From: Octopus bimaculoides | Lineage: Eukaryota | NCBI RefSeq assembly: GCF_001194135.2 | Contig: NC_068985.1 | Span: forward strand, 59,289,561 to 59,353,560 | Direction of reading: 5' to 3' | Length of the DNA: 64,000 nt | Shown here: positions 52,943 through 64,000 of the stretch, in pieces | How positions within the stretch are numbered: the stretch's first letter is position 1 | How the letters are laid out: each line of letters starts with the position of its first letter | Program-made: the position numbers and the translations under genes | Notes under the pieces: model-generated | Told to the model about the DNA's origin: nothing | The model's database searches: none | What the model saw: only the letters and a program-made list of their open reading frames with translations

Positions 52943-53133
52943 AGGATGGCAATCTGGCAGAATGGTTAGCATTTAGTCAGTCTTTACATTATGAGTTCAA
53001 ATACTGTTAAGTTCGACTTTGCCTTTCAATTTTTCTTATTTCAATACGATAAACAACTAGTCAAATTCTAAAGTCGATGGCATCGGCAAATCATCCGCTC
53101 CCAAAATTGATGGCCTAATGCCTAAATCAGAAT
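52943..53133 (+). mobile_element. SINE family A, diverged
   Basis: ctggcagaatggttagc..gagttcaaatac..gactttgcctttca..ggcctaatgcctaaatcagaa. Confidence 0.7.
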
Positions 53134-53459
53134 ATATATTTGGCTACCTTTAGAAAAAATCCCCGAACGTTTGTTGGCCTTGATACAACAATTAGGAATT
53201 ACTTTCTTACCTCTGATTTAGAAACTGGGTAGATAGGACTCCTTAGTCACAGTGGGGACAACCTGCCAGTGTCCAATGGCTCCATGCCTGAAATGAAGGC
53301 GAATGAACCACGAATCAGGACTTAACCCCGGAGCAATGTTTGGATAAAGATACAGGATCAACTGACAGACACCTATCCCCTAATGAGAATCAGGATCATG
53401 ACCCCAAACACAGAGAAATGCGAAGGGTATAGGCCCAACTTATGGATAGTGGTGTCATG

Positions 53460-53935
53460 TAACCACATGACATTGTGGCAAGAATGATCCATTGGGAGAT
53501 CTGTGGAAATCACGACCTGCAAAGAGCAAAGACGTGGTATGAGAAAACCCTAAAAGGAGTCAACGAAAATGCGAACGGCAAAATCCTGTGGGATGTAATA
53601 AGCCAGTGCGATCACCTGACCAGACGTCGGAAACCGGACTTTGTTGTGGTGAGTAAAATAGAAAGAACATGTATGATTATCGACATAGCATGCCCCGGGG
53701 ACAACGGGGTCAATGTAAAAGAAGAAAAAATAAACAAGTACGACGGTTTAAAGTCGGAAAACGAAGGTTGCGGCCAATGAAGAGAGCACAAGTGATACCA
53801 TTAGTAATTGGTGCACTTGGAAGTATCAGCACTCAACTACCAACATGGCTGAAAAAGTTCGGTGCAAGTGTGAAGGTAGAACACCTACAAAAATCGGAAT
53901 TGCTTGGAACTGCAAGAATTCTTGAAGCATCCAAT
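53460..53935 (+). mobile_element. R4-clade RLE-domain fragment
   Basis: HDIVARMIHWEICG..KILWDVISQCDHLTRRRKPDFVVVSK..CMIIDIACPGD..KEEKINKY..VIPLVIGALG..LQKSELLGTARIL. Confidence 0.9.
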
Positions 53936-56900
53936 TCACCATCAGAGAAACTAAAATGTATAAAGATGAAAGGGGCCCGGGAAGAGGATAAAGAAGTAAT
54001 ATACGTTTAGTAATATGCATTAGGTAGGCCACCTCAAGAAAGACATACTGCAAACTGTTACAAAATATAGAGAACGCGAAATCAAGAAAGTAGACCCATC
54101 TGGATGAAAACAAGATAGCAAATGTTAGGAGGGATATCTTTAAAGTAATAGACTCACAGACAGTGAAAAAATCACAATCAAGTACACAGCGGGAAATAAC
54201 CTTAATATAAGGCAGGATGGAAATGAAGAATCAGATGAAGTGAATAGCCAACCATGAGCCTTAACTGAAAGACTGTCGTGTGACGAAATCGTACAAGGCC
54301 CGAAGAAATAAAAAAAAATCTAATGAACCTGATAAAGATAGCCAGAAAAGTACTAAAGAAACAATATTGGGTATTTGAAAACCATGCATTTGCTCAAGAA
54401 CACAGAGAGTCTATGATGGAAGTGAAGCAGAAAATTCTGAATCAGCTTGTAGTTATAAGACTTGCAAGTATGAATAATAGGAAATCACATCATATACCCT
54501 CAAATACAAACCAAAATAAAACAATTAAGATTGCCAACTCTGTATCAAAAGAAACAATACGAGGATTAAAGCCTGAGCTTACTCAGCTACATGAGATTAT
54601 TTACGTATATGCAAAAGCAATTGAATCCAGTTTTATGCCTCCGAAAAAACAAAGGAAACTAAAACTAGGAAGAAATCCAAGCTGGCAAAGTAAAATTGAA
54701 AAAGAGATTTAATTAATGAGAAGGGAAATATGAATATTGAATGAACTAATCTGTAGAAATGATGTAATATCTAGAAAAGAAAGAAAGATGAAGGGAAAAT
54801 ACAGATTCGCATCAACAGAAGTATTGATATTAAAAAGGAAACACTGAAACAAAAATTCCATACAAAAGCTCAAAAGATACGACTTGAGAACAGAAACAAT
54901 ATTTTACAAGCAAAGTAAGTTGTTCACATCCAATGCCAAAATATTCTACAGAGAAATACGGAAGAAGAAAATAACCGTTAAAGACCTAAGTGTCAAGGAA
55001 GAAGTTGAAGACTTTTAGAAAACGATTTGGAGAGATGAAAAGACTTGCACTTAAAATTCAGATTTGATTAGACTCAGAGAAGGATCCTACCAAAATTTAC
55101 AAGAACAAGCATTGAAAAGCATCATAATAGCAGACATAAGGATGACCCTCACAAACGCTTTTTAGCGAAAAACCCCAGTAAACATAAAAGTTAGTTCAGC
55201 TGTGCAAGGAAATTATGAGGGATCCTAAGTAAACACCTAGCTGGTTACCAAGTGGTATTTTTTAGCTACTCGCAAAGAATAATGAAACCAAAATTCAAAA
55301 TGATTATCGGCCCATAACGTCTTTATCCACCACTTATAAAATTACAACATTCATCCTCGTGGAGAAAACATGCATTTATGGAACAGAATGATATTTTCCC
55401 CCACTCTGCAAAAACGGTGTCAATGAGGCGCATATGAATGCACAGATCAATTCCTAATTAATTAATCACATGATCCTTGAGAAATGTCACAACAAGCGCA
55501 GAAGTCAGTTCTACATTGATTACAAATGGCTCTTGACAGCATACCGATTTCATGGATTTTGAAATCGATGGACATCTCCAAAAGTTCTCCTGCGCATATG
55601 CCATTGTGGAACACGAATCTCCAATTATACCACTATAATGGAGTACTAACTTCAAACAATATTAGCATCAACTGTGGAATTTTCCAAGGTGAGTCACTTT
55701 CACTTCTATTTTGTTTTTGTTTTTTGTTGTTTTTTTTGCATAGCTCTAGTGCTTCTTACAAATGAAGTTAACAGAACACGGTATGAATATAAAACTGACA
55801 AGAAAATAAGCCATCTACTTCATATGGAGGATTTTAAACTTTATGGCAAGCACAGTGATTAACTTGAAGGCCTACGTTTTACATACAGCGAAGGCATTCA
55901 GAGATGACATCGGGATGGAGTTTGGTCTTGATAAATGTGCCAAGGCCACTTTCCAGAACGGGAAATTGAAAACCTCAAATTCAGTCGTGTTAGATATTGA
56001 CTCAGTTATAAAAGAGCTTGAGCAGGAACAAACCGACCAATACCTAAGAATAAATGAAAGCTCTGGTATTCAGCATGCAAACATTAAGAAGAAAGGAATG
56101 TTACAGGAGAGTTCAAGCAGTCCTGAAATCTGAGCTAAATGCACATAACAAGGTGTTAGACATAACGTCCTTAGTAGTTTCAGTTGTTAATAATGTCTTC
56201 AATATGTTGAACTGGAGAGGCGAGCTGGCAGAAGCGTCAGCACGCCGGGTGAAATGCTTATCGTTATTTCGTTTGTCTTTACGTTCTGAGTTCAAATTCC
56301 GCCAAGGTCAACTTTGCCTTTCATCCTTTCGGGGTCGATAAATTAAGTGCTAGTTGCGTACTGGGGTCAATCTAATCGACTGGCCCTTCCCCAAAACTTT
56401 GGGCCTTGACCCTAGAGTAGAAAAGAATATGTTTAACTGGAATATCAGTGAAGAAAAGAAAACTGGCAGAAAGTACGTAAGCTACTGATTTGCAATAAGA
56501 TGCACACCTCAAACGAAGACGTTGATCGTCTTTACCTTCCCAGAGCAGAAGGAGGTTGAAGCTTAATCCAATTTGAACTCTCACAAAACCATCACAATTG
56601 AACTGTCCAGATATCTTGAAACATCTAACGACTGGAGGCTAAAACTCATTGAAAATCATGAGAGGCATAACAATTTCCGTTCTGCGATGTACGAGAGCAA
56701 AACTTTTGTTATTGAATTCATGCTTGAAACTCAGGCTGAATAGCATGAGGGAAGTGTAGCAACTGTTGTTGCAAAAAATGCGAAATTAGTGGTAAAGAAA
56801 AAAGTGCATAAACAATTGGCCGGTAAGTGGGTGCAGAAATTGGCGACCCTTAGCAAACAAGCGGATGTTAAGCAGAAATACACCCATCAGTGGCTACGGT

Positions 56901-57702
56901 GCTCAGGGATAAAGGCAGAGAGCGAAGGCTTCAGCTTAGCTACTCAAGATCAAAGCTTATTGATCCAGAAGCAACAGGCCAGTGTGCTGAGAAGTTGAGC
57001 TGATCCAAAGTGACGATTCTGCAACGATGAGATTGAAACAGTAGGCCTACCTAATCTCTGGATAAAAAGTTTTAGTACCAGTGCAGTATAAATCAAGAGA
57101 TGATACAGTTAGCCAATATTTATACTGGTTAATATGTCGGCATTATAAAATGAAATGTGTTGACAATTCGCATATGCACCACTGAAACTTTCCTATACAT
57201 ACAGACAGAACCATCAAAGCTAATAAACTTAATGTTATTGTGAAAGACCAATGCAATAAAGTTTGTTTATTGATTAGCATGCGTATTACTTGTGATCATA
57301 TCTCGGCAAAACAATTTGACAAGCTTAGAAAATATAAAGATTTGCTCATTGAAATCGAGAAAATGTGGCATCTCAAGGCGCTTACAATACCTGTGATTGT
57401 AGGAGCACTTGGAGTGATCAAAGGGGAACTGAAAATTATTTGAGAATGAACCCTGGCTTATTATCCATGCAAGAAGTGCAAAAGATTATTTTAACTGGTA
57501 CGTCACACGTATTAAGAAGATCATTGTTGCTGTGAGAAAGATTACCATCTATGTAATTTTTATCTTTTCTTTTAAACAACTTCATTTGATTTTGGAAATA
57601 GGCAATCTGGTATGTTTATTTTAATAGCCTATTAATGTATGCAGTTAGTTTCTTTGCCCTAGGTGTTGAGAGACACTCAGAAAGAGATGGAAATATAATT
57701 GA

Positions 57703-57760
<58 letters not shown>
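53936..57760 (+). mobile_element. Near-full-length R4/Dong-clade LINE (single-ORF pseudogene, 3' UTR, (AAT)n tail)
   Basis: N-terminal AREEDKEVIY..LDENKIANVRRDIF; RT YRPIT, GIFQGESLS, ISHLLHMEDFKLY, MEFGLDKCA; DVDRLYLPRAEGG; AESEGFSLATQDQSL; C-terminal KYKDLLIEIEKMWHLKALTIPVIVGALG; tail at 57706-57760. Confidence 0.92.
56217..56425 (+). mobile_element. SINE family A inserted in the R4 ORF, 16-bp TSD
   Basis: aatatgttgaactgga (56201-56216) and aatatgtttaactgga (56426-56441); the R4 peptide reads through when the insertion is removed. Confidence 0.93.
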
Positions 57761-58687
57761 GATACCCGCGGTATCCATTTACAGCTGGATTAATTGCATT
57801 ATTCGGTTCGGAGAAAATACGTATGTTAGCGGGTTAAGGACTAAGGAACCTTTACTGCTGTTTCTGAATATGCCACAAACTCATAAACTCATTCAGAGGA
57901 GGTGTATTTAGCAGACAGAAATGGAACTTCACTTCTATATTGTTGTTTGTTCTTTGTAACGATAATTCTAAGAATAAAGATGAATGGTCAATTTCCAGTT
58001 CGGAACATGACTAGAAAATAATTCAAACAATATTTAATGCATACAATGTTTGAGACAAACATATAGAAAATTCCAAACTTTATAAAAGTTCTTCGTTATG
58101 GTTTACACAATGCATCACATGTTTTTTGGTTGTTTTCTTTTTTTAAGTAAAATCTTTTAACTTTCGACTTTATTTGTTCTCCACTTGGCACCTGAAGAAT
58201 CGGTCAAATTATTTGTTGTTTCTCATGTTTTCACATTAATTGCCAGACGTGTTTATTTACTAACAACCCTAACCAGTTTCTTGATTAATGTTAGCAACAA
58301 AAGTGATAATAATTATTCGAATTGTGATTATTATCGATTTAAGCTATTTAATAAAAATCAATTGATCTTAAACTCAATTGTTGATCGAAGTTTATTAATA
58401 TTTGCTCAGAATGCGATAGATCTCTAATTCCACAAGCTAGTCTTTCATTTTCTCTCTATTCTATTTTTTTTTTCACACTTCTTTATAATGTCTAATAAAC
58501 TTTCGTTTCCTCCTCATTTGATTATTCTGTCTTTACTGTCTTATTCATTGTTTTTGTTTAGTAAAATGCTGTTTTCCAAGATGGTGGTTTCTGTCTCAAA
58601 AGTTATTATAAACAGCATATCTGGCATCAGTCTTTCAAATAATTATTGAAGTGTTTACACTTAGAATAGAATACTAAAATGCTGTTG

Positions 58688-58797
<110 letters not shown>

Positions 58798-58869
58798 GCA
58801 ACTAATAATAATAATAATAATAATAGAACAAAGAAAAGGGAAAAACAAAGGAAGAAGTACAAAAGGATC

Positions 58870-59843
<974 letters not shown>

Positions 59844-59884
59844 CTTTTCTACTGTAGGCACAAGGCCTGAAATTTTAATTTTCA

Positions 59885-61425
59885 ACCTATAACCTGTTTA
59901 CTACTTATGTGAAAGCTTATGACCGGTGTATTGGCGGATGAGTTGTAAAACCATCTGAAAGTAACAATCTACTACCAGAAGAATAGAAAGAATGCAGGAA
60001 ACGAAGTAGGATAACAAAAGATCACTTATTAGTCGATAAACTGATAATTAGAGATTGTAGACGCAGAATGACGGGTCTGAATGTAGCATGGCGACATTAC
60101 AAGTGTGCATATGACATGGTACAACACAGCTGGATAAGCAAAACAATGAGCATGTCTGGAATAGCAAAAAAAAAAAAAAAAAAAAACACGGAGAAATGCT
60201 TAATGAAAGTATGAAACATTGGAATACTGAATTGATCGGAGGAAAATAAAATTCGGCAAAGTGAACATCAGACATGGAATATTCCAAGGTGATAGCTTAT
60301 CTCCATTGCTGTTTGTACTGACCATGACACCGCTCGCCATGATACTGTGAAAAGTGAAAATTACTTACTATTTGGGAAAAGGAAATGGTCAGATAAATAA
60401 TTTCCTTTTCATGGATGATATAAAGGTTTATGTGAAAATGAGAAACAGCTTGAAAATTTTGTACATACTATCCGCATTTTCTCAAATGATGCAGGTATGG
60501 AATTTGAGATAGAAAAGTGCGCTATATTGAAAATGAAACGAGGAAGATTTGAAAGAAGCCAAGGAATTGAAATGCCAAATGGTCAAACAATGAGAGCGAT
60601 TGAGAAAGGACAGTAGTATTAGTACCTGAGAATACTTGAAGCAGACGAAATTTTTTTTTTTTAAATGAAGAAATAAAACAAATGACCAGTAGGGAATACA
60701 CAAGAAGAGTAAGAAAACTATTGCAGTTAAAACTGAATTCAAAAATCTTATTGAAGCAATAAATTCCAGCACACTACCCTTAATCAGATATGGAGTTGGA
60801 ATTTTAGACTGGACCAAAAGTGAGATACAGAAACTTGACAGAGAACCAAGAAAGCTGTTCACAATATGTGGAGCCCACCATCCGAAAGCTGATATCAACC
60901 GGTTGTACTTCAGGAGAGAGCAGAGCGGAAGAGGCTTGATAGCAGTAGAAGAATGTGTACAGATAGAAAGAAAATGCCTGGTAGAGTATTTACAAAGCAG
61001 CACAGAAAAGGTACTAAAGACAGTAAATAAAGAATAGGAGACCAAGTGCGTAGATAAGGACAAGAATGAAATACAAAGACAGCACATCAGACAGAATCAA
61101 GAGAAACTTTTGCATGGCCAATTGTGGAGAGCCACTGAATACGTATGTGAAACAAAATCCTGGGCTCGGTTAAAAAAGGGAGCAATTAAAAATAGAAAAT
61201 AGAGCCTAATTGTAGCAGCCCAAGATCAAACTAGAAAAACAAGCAACTTGAGAAAAAATATATATGGAGAGAATGTGTTAGAAAACTGTAGAACCCGTGG
61301 AACTTGGAACGAGACAGTGGCACACATTATGCCAGAATGCCCCAAGTTGGCACAGGAAGAATATACGAAATGGAAGCACGACCGGGTTGTAAGTTTTACA
61401 CTAGAAACTGTACCAGAAATGGGGA
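59885..61425 (+). mobile_element. R4-clade fragment (RT through CCHC knuckle), decayed
   Basis: [93 protein letters not shown]. Confidence 0.9.
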
Positions 61426-61501
61426 TTTGAAGCAGGATACAATCACCGAGTCACTAACCACATAAATCCTACCAGGAATAAGACCGAACCTGAGCCAAAC
61501 C

Positions 61502-61565
<64 letters not shown>

Positions 61566-62409
61566 ATACATACATACATACATACATACATACATACATA
61601 CATACATACGTGAACAGATTAACAAAATAAGAAGAAAATATAATATAGGTCATGAAAACATTTTACTTTATATATTATTGGCATATCTTCATAATAAATA
61701 GCCTATTCGAGAGAACATTCTATATACGTTATTTAGTCGGTAATTCATGTGCCTGAAAAAGAAACACACTCTAAAGCATTAGAGTAGTAATGTATATTTT
61801 GGGAAGTTAAAAGTTATGGTGAGTCATAGAGTGACCATTGGTTGCGCCCCTATAAAGCTCCAAGCAATATAGGTGACTCATTAGACTCACTAGAAAGTGG
61901 AGAAAGAAATACGTAATGCTTACTTAGTTGGTTTTCTAAACAAAAGCATACTTTTTGGTGCTGCATGTGGTACGGAGTTAGTGAAATGGTGTTATCCCCC
62001 TTACATCGGCTCCGGCCATGATGATATTCCAAGGACGTGTGGTGGGACAGGCCGAACCCAGTTTAAGGGGAATAAACCCATCCCGCTAACCACGTCCTAC
62101 GCACAGCACGGACAATATTTTTTTTTTTTTTTTAATTTTTCAAAGAGTAAAACCAACTAATCATGACATTTCTTCCTCCAGTTTTTAGAAAGATTATGCG
62201 CTTCAGCCATTTGAGTGTAACGAGAAGCTTATACTGCTAAGCGCCTTATAGGTGCGAAACTAATGCTCACTCTATGACTGACCATAACTTTTCACTTCCC
62301 AATATNNNNNNNNNNNNNNNNNNNNNNNNNNNNNNNNNNNNNNNNNNNNNNNNNNNNNNNNNNNNNNNNNNNNNNNNNNNNNNNNNNNNNNNNNATATAT
62401 ATATATTAC

Positions 62410-62452
<43 letters not shown>

Positions 62453-62455
<3 letters not shown>

Positions 62456-62962
62456 AGGGCTTAAAAACTTTTGTAGCCTATATGCGAGAAATAGACGTTA
62501 AATTGTCTCACCACTCAAAGAAGTCACAAGCACGTGTTGAATTCGACGCAAGAAGCTAAATGAAATTTTAAATAAAATTTATAGTTCTGTATTAGCCTAA
62601 ATTTCTCCCGTCTTCAGCAGAACATACTAATAGAAATAAATGAAATATTTATATATACTTACAGGAAAGCAAAACGCAAAGCCACAAATACACATAAATA
62701 CCCCATATATCTCCCAACCAAATGCTTTTCTGTGAGTATATATAAATATTTTATTTATTTCTATCAGTATATTCTCCTGAAGACGGGAGAGCCTTTGGGC
62801 AAACCTAGAAATTTGGCTAATACAGAACTATATATTTTATTAAAAATTTCCGTTAACTTGTTGCGTCGAATTCAACACGTGTGTTTGTGACTTCTTTGAG
62901 TGGTGAAACGATTTAGCGTCTCTTTCTCAGCATATAGGCTAGAAAATTTTCTAAGCCCTTAT
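62453..62962. mobile_element. 510-bp fold-back element (arms about 220 bp) with a hammerhead-like motif in each arm
   Basis: ataagggctta...taagcccttat termini; arms colinear. + strand 62771-62828: attctc-CTGAAGA-cggg..ccta-GAAA-tt tggct aa-TA-cagaac; minus strand 62623-62584: gttctg-CTGAAGA-cggga-GAAA-tt taggct aa-TA-cagaac. Confidence 0.85.
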
Positions 62963-63072
62963 TATAATTATACATATGATTTTCACCTTAATTGGTTTCA
63001 TTTTATACGTTGGCCACTAATAATTTTTTTCTAAAGTTTTATCTTCTATCTATTATCTTGTGTGAGTGTGTG

Positions 63073-63183
63073 TGGCCCAAGGCTATAGTAGAAGACATTT
63101 GCCTAAGCTGTCATGATGTGGGACTGAACCCAGAACCATGTGGTGGCGAAGCAAGGTTCTTACCACACAGCCATACCTGCACC
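63073..63183 (-). mobile_element. SINE family B head
   Basis: Minus strand: ggtgcaggtatggctgtgtggtaagaaccttgc..catggttctgggttcagtccca..gtcttctactatagcc. Confidence 0.8.
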
Positions 63184-63254
63184 TGGTGCAATGCCGTAGT
63201 TTTGCTGATTTCTTCAGTCTGGAGTGTTTCACATCACCACTCCTGTGTGTAGCC

Positions 63255-63900
63255 TTGTCCCAGTTGTTGGCTCATTTCACGAATCAGGGGGTTTTATTCC
63301 GCTGACCTCGTCTGTACCTCATGTCGGGCCGTCGGTTCATCCAGTATTATGAAGAAGAGGATGTCTAGATTTTTTTTAAGACATCTACTTCCACCTTATG
63401 CAGATTTCTTCATTTTTGAGGTAGGGCACTAAAGAGCTGTGGGCCTTTGAACACTAGGCTATTGCAATACCTGTCCCTGAATTTAGATGGTACAATACTA
63501 AGTCGTCCTGTCCTAGCATTTGTGTAACATTCAATGACGAAATTAGGTATTAGCCGTTCTAGACTTTTCCATAAGTAGATTATTACATATGTCGTGCCTT
63601 CGCTCCAGGGAGTAAAGTTGCAGGATTTTCAGCCTCTCCCTGTAGCTCATTTGTTGTACTGTTTCAGTCTTAGTGTAGTGGCGTTGGACTGCTTCAAGGT
63701 CCACTGTTAGTTTGGTACAATGTGGTGACCATAGCTGGGAGCAGTAGTCCAGGCGGTTGAGACCAAAGGCTCTCCACAGGGTCAACATAGCTTCTTGGTT
63801 TCTTGTCTTGAAGGACTTTAGTATCCATCCTGCCAGTTGTCTGCGCTTTGCTGCTATTTGATAATGTACATATGATATGATGCATCATTGCACATACTAA
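63255..63900 (-). mobile_element. CR1-type LINE 3' fragment
   Basis: LAGWILKSFKTRNQEAMLTLWRAFGLNRLDYCSQLWSPH..LEAVQRHYTK..SYRERLKILQLYSLERR; C-terminal SLVFKGPQLFSALP..LDEP. Confidence 0.88.
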
Positions 63901-63941
63901 TACCCAAGTGTTTTACTGCATGTGAGTCTATGTATCTGTGT

Positions 63942-63984
<43 letters not shown>

Positions 63985-64000
63985 CATATATATACATATA

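Overview
AT-rich, microsatellite- and retroelement-dense eukaryotic genomic DNA with many assembly gaps (N-runs). The repeat families and composition resemble a cephalopod (octopus-type) genome; this is an inference from recalled families, not a database result. There are no prokaryotic genes, CRISPR arrays or rRNA genes. Most recognisable sequence is decayed mobile DNA: (i) about 9 fragments of R4/Dong-clade non-LTR retrotransposons (RT + CCHC + restriction-like endonuclease), including one near-full-length copy at about 53.9-57.8 kb, mostly associated with (TAA)n tracts; (ii) several Penelope-like element (PLE) fragments (RT, GIY-YIG); (iii) a Tigger/pogo transposase, a hAT transposase with one TIR, a non-autonomous Helitron and a CR1 LINE end; (iv) several tRNA-derived SINE families. 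Three small, phase-compatible + strand exons (41938-48076) look like the 3' end of an unidentified host gene, with further candidate exons upstream. The most interesting signal is an RNA-level one: a well-formed minimal type I hammerhead ribozyme in a PLE 3' region (9703-9754), plus two unrelated fold-back elements (27.4 kb, 62.5 kb) that each carry a hammerhead-like motif in both arms, reading outward on opposite strands. There is also an interleaved PLE/retroposon rearrangement at 33.4-35.9 kb that simple nesting cannot explain.
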